The notes under the pieces are model-generated. The model ran no database searches, was not told where the DNA came from, and saw nothing but the letters and a program-made list of their open reading frames with translations. A DNA stretch of 64,000 nt, taken from assembly GCA_030426955.1 (NCBI GenBank), contig JAUHXS010000012.1, positions 16,629-80,628 on the forward strand, read 5' to 3'. The position numbers were made by a program, and so were the translations under genes. The stretch comes from Bacteroidia bacterium (GTDB taxonomy: Bacteria; Bacteroidota; Bacteroidia; Chitinophagales; JAUHXS01). Shown here one piece after another: positions 55,869-64,000 of this stretch (its first letter is position 1; the number at the start of each line of letters is the position of its first letter).

Positions 55869-57659
55869 TTATGAGGCTGGTTCTGTGTTTTCGTCTTTTT
55901 GAACAAAGAAAACGTTTCTTAAAGAACGGTACTCAATCGGATTTTGGTAAAAACTTTTAACATAAGGCTGAACTAACCTGTATGACTTTTCATAATATAA
56001 AGGGATAATTGGTGCATCATCCATTATTTTTTGATCAGCCTTTATATACTTTCGATTTCTGTCATCTTTATCTAAAGTAGCGATGGCGTCAAGAAAGAGT
56101 TCGTCGTACTCCTTGCTCCTGTATCTAAACGTATTTAAGTACGCTCTCTGACTTAGGTCCTCAGGAGCATAAACACTATAGAATAGGTTTAAAAAACTTT
56201 CTGGGTCTGGATAATCAGCAGACCAACCTAGTCTCCAAAACAAAGATCTGCCATTATCTACATTTTCTAAATGTTGAGGAAATGGTAACGCCTCAATTTT
56301 GACATTGATATTTAAATTATCCTGTAACATTTTTTGAATAGCCTCTGCCATTTGAACATGTCTTCCACCACCGCTATTTATTTGTAGTGTTATTTCTGGG
56401 AAGCCTTCACCATTTTTATAGCCTGCTTCAGCTAACAACTGCTTTGCTTTGTCCGCATCATATTTGTAGCCTTTAACCGCTTTAGCATCGTATCCTACGA
56501 TAGCAGGAGGCACAGTTCCATAATGTGCAGCTATGGCCATTCCTTTTAAAGTGAAATTGACGATCTTTTGTTTGTCTATCGCATAATTGAAAGCTTGACG
56601 AACTTTCTTGTTGTCAAAAGGAGCTTTCAAGTTCATCATCCCATAATAATTTAATAATAAGGATGGTGTAGATTGAAGCTCAAAATCACTATAACTAGGT
56701 GTAAGCTCTCCTGTTTTGCTCACTATTTCGTCATACATCTCCAAAGGCAATCTATACACCATATCTAAGTTTCCTTTCTTAAACTCAAGTAGCTCCGCCT
56801 TTTGCTCTTTAATGAAAGTAATTTTGATGGCATCTAAATAAGGTAATTGATTACCATGTTGATCTTTTCCCCAGTAGTTTTCGTTTTTAACTAGGATAAG
56901 AGCCTCATCTTCCCGTAGTTCTTTTACTCTAAAAGGACCTGATCCAACAGGTTTTACCCTAAACTCTTTACCATAAGCTTCAATAGCTTCCTTCGGAAAA
57001 ACAGAGGTATATGGCATTGACAAGTAATACATAAATCCTGGAAATGGTTTTTCCAATCTAATTTCTAGTGTATAATCATCTAAAACTTGTACCCCTTCTA
57101 CACCTTCACTTAAAGTTTGCCCTTTAGCAGATGCTTCATGGTAGGCGGTAGCACCAACAACTTTGTTTTCAAATAAAAAGAATCCTCTATTATCTGCGTT
57201 TGCTTCACACAATTTTGTAAAGCAGTATTTAAAATCTTGTGCCTTGATCTCTCTTCCTTTACCGTTTGGAAAGCAGGCATCGTCATGATAACGTACACCT
57301 TTTCTGATTTTAAAGGTATAAACGGTTGCTGTACTATCAACAATCCAGTCTTCTGCAATAGCTGAGGCAACTGTTAAATCTCTTGGCGACATACGAACAA
57401 GACCTTCATGTATTTGTTGTCCAATCCTTGCCCCAACAGCTTCGTCCATACTTAAAGGATGTAGACTCCTGAAATATGCTACTTCATTATACCTGAAAGT
57501 CCCCCCATAAAATACGCCACCATCAACAGCTTCTAGTTTATTTAATGGATTTCGTTTGCTATTGCCACAAGAGAAAAGCAATACAATTAATGATAATGAA
57601 AATATACGCGCTAAAAAAATCCTATTCATTTTTAATCTATTGAGTATGAAACACAACAA
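55869..57659 (-). CDS. ABC-transporter family-5 (peptide/nickel-type) substrate-binding-like protein
   Basis: 596 aa, signal peptide; length and ...DGGVFYGGTFRYNE... / ...FWRLGWSADYPDP... motifs fit the SBP_bac_5 family. No permease genes adjacent. Confidence 0.65.
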   Translation of the reverse strand: MLCFILNRLKMNRIFLARIFSLSLIVLLFSCGNSKRNPLNKLEAVDGGVFYGGTFRYNEVAYFRSLHPLSMDEAVGARIGQQIHEGLVRMSPRDLTVASAIAEDWIVDSTATVYTFKIRKGVRYHDDACFPNGKGREIKAQDFKYCFTKLCEANADNRGFFLFENKVVGATAYHEASAKGQTLSEGVEGVQVLDDYTLEIRLEKPFPGFMYYLSMPYTSVFPKEAIEAYGKEFRVKPVGSGPFRVKELREDEALILVKNENYWGKDQHGNQLPYLDAIKITFIKEQKAELLEFKKGNLDMVYRLPLEMYDEIVSKTGELTPSYSDFELQSTPSLLLNYYGMMNLKAPFDNKKVRQAFNYAIDKQKIVNFTLKGMAIAAHYGTVPPAIVGYDAKAVKGYKYDADKAKQLLAEAGYKNGEGFPEITLQINSGGGRHVQMAEAIQKMLQDNLNINVKIEALPFPQHLENVDNGRSLFWRLGWSADYPDPESFLNLFYSVYAPEDLSQRAYLNTFRYRSKEYDELFLDAIATLDKDDRNRKYIKADQKIMDDAPIIPLYYEKSYRLVQPYVKSFYQNPIEYRSLRNVFFVQKDENTEPAS

Positions 57660-57838
57660 TCACGCTTCAAAAATACTAAATTTTAATCAAAACTGATGAA
57701 TCACTTTGATTTTCTCCTTTATGTCAATAAACTAAATTATACATTTGTATAGAATTTTGGAGCAGTGGCATGGTGTGCTTCATATTCTAAATAAAGAAAA
57801 CGTATCTTTGGTATGTAAAGCACCTTTCTAAGCGAACT

Positions 57839-58390
57839 ATGAAATTGATAAATATAATTGGGTTTTGTTCCGCCATATTTCTGCTGTCTTTTGTATTTCT
57901 AAGCGCTTGTAAAAAAGATAAGGAAGAAGAAAAGTTAGAAAAAGGACCTTGTACGCTAGAAGATAAGGATTGGAGCAGTTCTAAGATAAATGACAAAGAA
58001 ACTTGCCTTGAGCATTGTGGTGTAGAGTATTATGAGCAAAATACAGATAGTGCTTATTTACAATTGACGAGTTATACAGGTACTGTTTTCGGAGACGGAG
58101 CTTCTATTGAGGCTAGTTTTTTAGTAGGTATTTCAGGGTTAGCCTTAAATACAGCCTATCCCCTTATTGAAGGCAAATATTTTCAAATAGAAGACATATA
58201 CCAAGGCGAAATTATATTAACCCATTACGATGTTCCTGTTGCCTCTGGAACTCAAAATATCTGTATTATTGGCAATTTTAGCCTTAAAAGCAGAAACCCC
58301 AATAACCCTTCGGCAGAAACAAACATCACCAATGGACAGTTTAGATATATGCTTGCTGGAGGAGATGCTTATACCAATTGTTTACCATAA
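57839..58390 (+). CDS. Lipoprotein, function unknown (first of three adjacent lipoproteins)
   Basis: Signal peptide plus lipobox LSACKKDKEEEK. Confidence 0.4.
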   Translation: MKLINIIGFCSAIFLLSFVFLSACKKDKEEEKLEKGPCTLEDKDWSSSKINDKETCLEHCGVEYYEQNTDSAYLQLTSYTGTVFGDGASIEASFLVGISGLALNTAYPLIEGKYFQIEDIYQGEIILTHYDVPVASGTQNICIIGNFSLKSRNPNNPSAETNITNGQFRYMLAGGDAYTNCLP

Positions 58391-59616
58391 TTATGAAACA
58401 AATAATTGCTTTTTTTTTAGTACTAAGCCTATTATCAAGTTGCATCAAAAAAAAGGACGATTGTGATATTACCAGTCAGCCAATCACTGATAATAGCATC
58501 GTAACCAATTCAGCTAACTTTACCTATTGTGAATATGCAGTTTTTAGGCAAAAAAAGGACCTGGAACTATATTATACTATAGGAGATTGTAATAATGCAT
58601 CTATTAATACAGAATGGACATACACAGGTCAAAACAATAGGGTTGGACAGTCAAATAGCTCTAGTTCATTTATTGATTATGAGTTTATGACGAGTGGTAC
58701 CATATGCGCCCAGCTAATGACGGAATCTCAAAGCTCTGAAAAAGCCTGTAGAGAAATCATCGTATTACGCAATAATGTTTGGGGAGAAACGACTAATGAT
58801 TTCTCGGGAAATGCTACTGTACAATCCATCACTTTGACGATTAATGGAGATGTTTACAGTGGTTTTGGAAACTTTAATGAATGGTACAAATTTGATACGA
58901 CCTCTTGGACATGGATTGAAAAATCAGCCATACCCAATTTAGTAGATTTTGGTGCATTTGGTGGTTTTGTGATAAATGATTTTGCTTATATCATTGGAAA
59001 CAACTCTAGTGTTTATAAATATACAGTATCAACAGATGCTTGGGAAAATATCGGAACTTTTCCCGAAAATGTCTCTACAATGTTAGACCTTCAAGATCCT
59101 TCGGAATACCCCAATCCTGTGGTTGGAGAAAGTGTAAATGGCAAAGGTTACTTTGGTGTTGGAAGAAATGGACGTTTCTATGAGTATGACCCTGGGGCTA
59201 ATACTTGGACGCAAAAAGCTACTTATCCCGAAACTACTGTAATCAACAAACATATTTTCCCATACCAAAATCGTATCTATGTCGGAAGGTATTATTATGA
59301 TGTGGCAACAGATAGTTGGGTAACATTCAATATCGATTTTAGCAGAGATAACTTTGCTCCTGGATTTGTTCAGTTTGGAAACCTGATGTATAGCAGTCAA
59401 AATGGAGAGACCGTTACCTTTGATGGAAGCATTGTTACTGTTTATGATCCCAATGGTCCTAATAAGTGCAGTGAAGTTGTATCCCCAATAAAAGTAATGG
59501 CTCAGGGTGCGGTGACAGGTAACTTTGCAATTTTCCCTAAGCTAGCTATCCCCTCACAAGGAAATACTTCCGCTCATATTGCTTCAAATATTGTCTCATA
59601 TTATGTACTTCAATAA
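58378..59616 (+). CDS. Lipoprotein with Kelch-like beta-propeller repeats
   Basis: Lipobox LSSCIKKKDDCD; repeated ...Y.YD....W...... blade-like units (VYKYTVSTDAWENIGTFP, FYEYDPGANTWTQKATYP, YYYDVATDSWVTFN). Confidence 0.4.
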   Translation: MFTIIMKQIIAFFLVLSLLSSCIKKKDDCDITSQPITDNSIVTNSANFTYCEYAVFRQKKDLELYYTIGDCNNASINTEWTYTGQNNRVGQSNSSSSFIDYEFMTSGTICAQLMTESQSSEKACREIIVLRNNVWGETTNDFSGNATVQSITLTINGDVYSGFGNFNEWYKFDTTSWTWIEKSAIPNLVDFGAFGGFVINDFAYIIGNNSSVYKYTVSTDAWENIGTFPENVSTMLDLQDPSEYPNPVVGESVNGKGYFGVGRNGRFYEYDPGANTWTQKATYPETTVINKHIFPYQNRIYVGRYYYDVATDSWVTFNIDFSRDNFAPGFVQFGNLMYSSQNGETVTFDGSIVTVYDPNGPNKCSEVVSPIKVMAQGAVTGNFAIFPKLAIPSQGNTSAHIASNIVSYYVLQ

Positions 59617-60313
59617 ATGCTATTTTGTCATATTCTTATCCATTGCCTTTTTGTTTGCGTGCAAAAAAGAGAAAGAGGAAGAAGAAACGTGCGATAAATT
59701 GTGGACCGTTGTAAAGAACAATAGTGCTGCAACCGTTAAAATTGAAAATGGAAAGATGATCATTGATGTTCCCAATCCTACTGGTGAGGATGATGTTGTA
59801 ATTAGCCAACAACGAAGTGAATATCACCCAGGAAAAGGGTTTAGCACTAAGATTATGTTTGAAAACTTTACAAATACCTCCGCTTCAGGAAATGCTTTTG
59901 ATGCGCAGATAAAGGCTAGTTTTGCATACACGTATGACTCAGATAATCCAGTGGCTACAATGAAGGTTGGTAAATATGGGTCAAAGGGAGAAACAGATCA
60001 AACCTCCAGGGTGGCTTATACACAAAACGATAACTATCCAACATCAGGTGAATTGGGTATGGGGTTTAACGATACTACAGGCAATTTTTTTGCTGAATTT
60101 GATATTAGCCCGGGTGGAATGAATAATGGCAATATTGCTATATCTAATGTACAGCCAGATCCAGTTATTTTTAAGTTTTCAGTTGGTATTAATAATACAT
60201 TTGACGGAAAGGGGACATCACAAAGTGTTCATGTAGAATTAGATTATATTAATTTTAATTTCCCTCCAGTTGAATTACAAAACGATGATTTTGAATGTAA
60301 TTCATTAAAGTAG
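59579..60313 (+). CDS. Lipoprotein, function unknown (third of trio)
   Basis: Lipobox LFACKKEKEEEE. Confidence 0.4.
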   Translation: MLQILSHIMYFNKCYFVIFLSIAFLFACKKEKEEEETCDKLWTVVKNNSAATVKIENGKMIIDVPNPTGEDDVVISQQRSEYHPGKGFSTKIMFENFTNTSASGNAFDAQIKASFAYTYDSDNPVATMKVGKYGSKGETDQTSRVAYTQNDNYPTSGELGMGFNDTTGNFFAEFDISPGGMNNGNIAISNVQPDPVIFKFSVGINNTFDGKGTSQSVHVELDYINFNFPPVELQNDDFECNSLK

Positions 60314-60349
60314 GTTGACTTTTAATCCTGAAATAAATCCAGCTTTAAA

Positions 60350-61771
60350 ATGAGATATGTATATACACCCTTGATCATCTTTGCTTTGATGTCTTTTTCC
60401 CCAAAGGAGAATATAAGCGAAGATGAGGCACAAATAAAGTCGATTTTTGATCAAGAGTTGGTAGAAGGAAAGTCTCATAGTCATTTGAAAAGCCTGTGCT
60501 ATGATGTAGGAAATCGTTTAAGTGGATCTGCTGAGGCAGCAAAAGCAGTAGTTTGGGCAAAAGAAAAATTGGAATCCCTGAACTTGGATCGTGTGTATTT
60601 ACAAGAGGTAATGGTGCCATACTGGGTAAGAGGGGGGAAAGAAAAAGCAATGATTACTTTGTCTGATGGCACAAAGAAAGCTATTCCATTACTTGCTTTA
60701 GGAGGATCAGTCGGTACGGGTAAGAAAGGCATAGAAGCCGAAGTGATTGAAGTAAAACAGTTTGAAGATTTAGAAAAGTTAGGCGAAGACAAGATAAACG
60801 GTAAGATCGTGTTTTTTAATCGACCGATGAATCCCACAGAAATCAGTACGTTCAAGGCCTATGGAGGATGTGTGAATCAAAGGTATGCTGGAGCGATGAA
60901 AGCTGCTCCCTATGGCGCTGTTGCTATGATCGTAAGATCAATGAATATGAAACTAGATACATTCCCTCATACGGGCTCTATGGGGTATGAAGATGACGTG
61001 AAAAAAATTCCTGGAGCAGCAATAAGTACTATTCATGCTGAACAACTTAGCAAGAGCTTAAAGAAAGACCCCAAGCTGAAGTTTTATTTAAAGATGAATT
61101 GTGAAACACTACCTGATGTCAAATCTCATAATGTAATTGGAGAAATAAAGGGAACAAAATATCCAGACGAAATTATCGTCTTTGGAGGCCACTTAGATAG
61201 TTGGGATGTCGGACATGGAGCGCATGATGATGGAGCTGGAGTGGTTCAGGCGATGGAAGTATTATATCTGTTTAAAGTTCTAAATATAAAACCAGAAAGA
61301 ACAATACGCTGTGTATTATTTATGAATGAAGAAAATGGAGGTAAGGGCGCTGATGAGTATGCCAAACAGGCAAAAATGAATGGGGAGAAACATATAGCAG
61401 CAATAGAGTCGGATAGAGGTGGTTTTACGCCAAGGGGGTTTACTATTGGTGGAAATGAAAACATAGCATCTCAATCTTATGCAGCAGTTGATAAGTGGAG
61501 GCATCTGTTAGAACCATATTATCTGCACATGATTGAAGAAGGTGGCAGAGGCGGTGCTGATGTCGCTAAGCTGCATGATCAGGGAACAACATTAATAGGC
61601 TATATTCCAGATTCGCAGAGATATTTTGATTACCATCATACAGCAGCAGATGTATTTGAGTCGGTCAACAAAAGAGAGCTAGAATTGGGCTCTGCATCAA
61701 TTACCGCTTTAGTATATTTGATTTCTAAATATGGATTAGAGGAGAAAGTGGATCGAGAGAAGTTAAGGTGA
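60350..61771 (+). CDS. M28-family zinc metallopeptidase (aminopeptidase-like, with PA-like insert)
   Basis: 473 aa; signal peptide; Zn-ligand motifs ...HLDSWDVGHGAHDDGAGV... and ...NEENGG... Confidence 0.78.
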   Translation: MRYVYTPLIIFALMSFSPKENISEDEAQIKSIFDQELVEGKSHSHLKSLCYDVGNRLSGSAEAAKAVVWAKEKLESLNLDRVYLQEVMVPYWVRGGKEKAMITLSDGTKKAIPLLALGGSVGTGKKGIEAEVIEVKQFEDLEKLGEDKINGKIVFFNRPMNPTEISTFKAYGGCVNQRYAGAMKAAPYGAVAMIVRSMNMKLDTFPHTGSMGYEDDVKKIPGAAISTIHAEQLSKSLKKDPKLKFYLKMNCETLPDVKSHNVIGEIKGTKYPDEIIVFGGHLDSWDVGHGAHDDGAGVVQAMEVLYLFKVLNIKPERTIRCVLFMNEENGGKGADEYAKQAKMNGEKHIAAIESDRGGFTPRGFTIGGNENIASQSYAAVDKWRHLLEPYYLHMIEEGGRGGADVAKLHDQGTTLIGYIPDSQRYFDYHHTAADVFESVNKRELELGSASITALVYLISKYGLEEKVDREKLR

Positions 61772-61833
61772 GGGGAAATGTCATTTTTGCTTAGTGGATT
61801 ATTGAGCAAGAACACTGAGCAATATCAAAAAAA

Positions 61834-61856
61834 CAATCTTCCAAAACTGGAAGATT
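61834..61856 (-). terminator. Perfect 9-bp hairpin with U-run on the minus-strand side
   Basis: aatcttcca-aaac-tggaagatt preceded on + by aaaaaaa. It is oriented as a terminator for leftward transcription although the flanking genes are + strand. Confidence 0.4.
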
Positions 61857-61930
61857 AAGTGAACTGCCTAGTAATGTTAGAAGGTTGTATTTTTAACTTT
61901 GTCTAAGTTAAATTTAAAAATGTACTTATT

Positions 61931-62335
61931 ATGCTAGCTTTTATAGATGAATCAGGGGATTCAGGTTTTAAGTTTGGTCAAGGTTCAAGTAAATTTTTTA
62001 TTGTATCGATGGTTGTTTTTGAGGATACAGAGGATGCCGAAGCTTGTGATCAAAGAATACAACTTTTAAGGAGGGAACTAGGAGTTAATGCGAAATATGA
62101 ATTTCATTTTAGACCTAATTCAGAGAAAGTTAGAAAGGCATTTTTACAAGCTGTAGCACCATATAATTTTTTTTATTACTCATTTGCATTAAATAAAGCT
62201 TCAAAAAGCTTATACGGAGAAGGCTTTAAGAATAAAGAGTCTTTCTATAAATATACTTGTGGATTGGTGTTTGAAAATGCTAAAGATAAATTGGATAACA
62301 TACCATCACCTAAAAAAACGTCAACTGGAAACTAG
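61931..62335 (+). pseudogene. DUF3800-family protein, apparently truncated (134 aa against the usual ~250 aa)
   Basis: Canonical DUF3800 start MLAFIDESGDSG. The ORF stops early, and protein-like coding continues downstream in another frame (…KRSKWAQQDRFELERIYINFIEAFARSG*), which suggests a frameshift or decay. Confidence 0.45.
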
Positions 62336-62596
62336 TATAAACTAAAAACGCCCGCAAATACGGACGTCTGAAAAGATCAAAGTGGGCCCAGCAGGATCGG
62401 TTTGAACTTGAACGTATTTATATAAATTTTATCGAGGCATTTGCCAGATCAGGCTGAATCAATTGATATTGCTCTATTTCTTGTTTGGACTTTATTGTGA
62501 GATATTAACTAGATCAAGTAAAAGCGTCAACTGATTCTCTAGCTATTTTTATTGCGTTCATCTAAATGTGGCATAACCTCCCGATCGATGAGATAT

Positions 62597-63394
62597 TTAT
62601 TTTTTACGATCATAAAGACCCTGTTTATTACGTTCCATAATTATCTTTGCCTCTTCTTTTATTCTTTTAAAGTTTCTTTGAACTTTTTCAGCATTTTGTT
62701 CTTCTACGGTCTGATTTAATTTAACAATGCTTGTAAGCCTATACGGATACCAACAAGAAATAATTGAAAATGTATCAAGGTATATATTATGAAAAAGTAG
62801 TTGCGTAGCTAGAGATTGACTTATTTCTGAGCTTACTATAAGTCTTTTATTGATAAGTATGTCCGCAGCGTACTTTGCTGATATATTTTTCGAGACTTCT
62901 TGAACGACAGAGTCAATTATGTTTTTTTTAAATTGGGGACTAATTGTTTGATAAACAACATTGGCTTGATTTGGGATAAAGTTATACTTATACACGGCAA
63001 ATAAAATTATCTCTTGAAGATTAGATGCTTCAACTTTAATATACGTTGAAGCCATGTGAGGTCTTCTAGGTTCTAAAACTACTTTATCTCCTCTAAAGTC
63101 TACTCTTTCATGGAATAAATACCCTCGAGTTGTATCAAAATTTGGAAAAAGCTCCTGTTTTTTTACCTCAAGGATATCCCAAGAGTTAAAAAAAAATAAT
63201 ATCGATATAGTAAATAAGAATATAAAGATTTTAAAATAATATTGTTTCAAACTATCTTTTATGACATTTAAAATAGTTTTCTTAATTTCTAATCTTTTCT
63301 TTTTAAAACCTTTTCTAGGCTTTTCCTGCATAAAAGGATAAACCATGGTAAGATATATAATCCCTACCATTATGATAATAACTATTATAAACAT
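62597..63394 (-). CDS. Hypothetical membrane protein
   Basis: 265 aa; two N-terminal hydrophobic helices; no recognised domain. Confidence 0.35.
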   Translation of the reverse strand: MFIIVIIIMVGIIYLTMVYPFMQEKPRKGFKKKRLEIKKTILNVIKDSLKQYYFKIFIFLFTISILFFFNSWDILEVKKQELFPNFDTTRGYLFHERVDFRGDKVVLEPRRPHMASTYIKVEASNLQEIILFAVYKYNFIPNQANVVYQTISPQFKKNIIDSVVQEVSKNISAKYAADILINKRLIVSSEISQSLATQLLFHNIYLDTFSIISCWYPYRLTSIVKLNQTVEEQNAEKVQRNFKRIKEEAKIIMERNKQGLYDRKK

Positions 63395-63430
63395 GTTTGA
63401 GGGATTTGTTTCTGTTCTTAATAGAAAAAA

Positions 63431-63458
63431 ACGACAACCGTTTTAGTTGCCGTTTTTT
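63431..63458 (-). terminator. Terminator-like hairpin plus U-run downstream of the CsbD-like gene
   Basis: acgacaaccgttttagttgccgt followed by tttttt, with an A-run on the other side. Confidence 0.4.
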
Positions 63459-63521
63459 AAGGTCTTTACCGTTCTCAATAGTATTGAGTTAAATAAAATA
63501 TTCCTATTGCTGTAATACAGT

Positions 63522-63746
63522 TTAGTTATTCAAAGGCTGAACTTTGGAAATAATATTAATCACTTCTTCCCTTTTTTTATTTAATTTAGTTTCTACCCTT
63601 TTAAGAAGCTCACTTTCTTTGCCTGTCTCAAATTTCAGATCAGCATCTGTCAACTGAACATACTTTTCTTTTAATTGTTTTGCCTGTTTGTCCCAATCTC
63701 CTGAAATTTTAAAATTTTCATTGGATTTGTTATCAGTGTTTTTCAT
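63522..63746 (-). CDS. CsbD-like general stress protein
   Basis: Starting at the internal Met (MKNTDNK...), the ~74-aa product has the CsbD pattern (...GDWDKQAKQLKEKYVQLTDADLKFETGKESELLKRV...). The longer ORF to 63785 adds a non-conserved hydrophobic leader. Confidence 0.45.
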   Translation of the reverse strand: MKNTDNKSNENFKISGDWDKQAKQLKEKYVQLTDADLKFETGKESELLKRVETKLNKKREEVINIISKVQPLNN

Positions 63747-64000
63747 TTTTTTTGTTTGAATGATTAGTAAATAATTATATAACAAAGGTGATGGTTATTA
63801 TTCCTAAAATGTTATATACTATTTAGTATATATTGTACATATCACATGTTTTTTATATTGGTATTTAATAACATAACGTGAGTTCGGGATAAGAAAAAGA
63901 GGAAGAAGTTATAAAAAGAGAGCGTTTTTGACTATATTAAAGTGTTGAATCTCAATATTTTAAAATCAAAAACGACTCTCGATGTTAAGAGACAAAATTA

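Noticed and set aside
63522-63785. 87-aa long form of the CsbD-like protein
   Set aside because: The N-terminal 13 residues (MLYNYLLIIQTKK) are a non-conserved hydrophobic leader. The CsbD-like domain starts at the internal Met.

Overview
This 64-kb window is AT-rich DNA from a Bacteroidota (Flavobacteriia/Saprospiria-like) chromosome. Housekeeping genes: rpmI-rplT, holA, mnmE, nadD, nrdJ (class II ribonucleotide reductase), rsgA, murI, the uppS-bamA-ompH-ompH block, purC, phoH, and a PcrB/GGGP-synthase homologue. Accessory content is unusually dense. There is a putative gldB-gldC pair and at least six predicted T9SS cargo proteins: type A C-terminal domains (CTDs) at 8197-11475, 16070-17752, 23988-24917 and 38552-40714, and type B CTDs at 5125-7377 and 7648-8022. 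There is also a small redox cluster (34522-37468) that includes a cytochrome c / copper monooxygenase-like fusion. The most striking feature is a tightly packed co-directional block of about 17 kb on the minus strand (38552-55756) with no named homologues. It encodes an HATPase anti-sigma-like protein, a 1119-aa membrane coiled-coil protein, a 553-aa outer-membrane beta-barrel, a 1788-aa secreted giant with a Cys-rich tail, an Fn3-like protein, three translationally coupled paralogs sharing a 'GINT..P..A.L.I.S.NKGLL.PR' N-terminal motif, and a PKD-rich T9SS cargo. A strong terminator separates it from the upstream gene. I read this as a candidate undescribed cell-surface/secretion apparatus. 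No tRNA, rRNA, CRISPR array, transposase or integrase was recognised. All functional calls rest on motif recognition from the supplied translations, with no database search.
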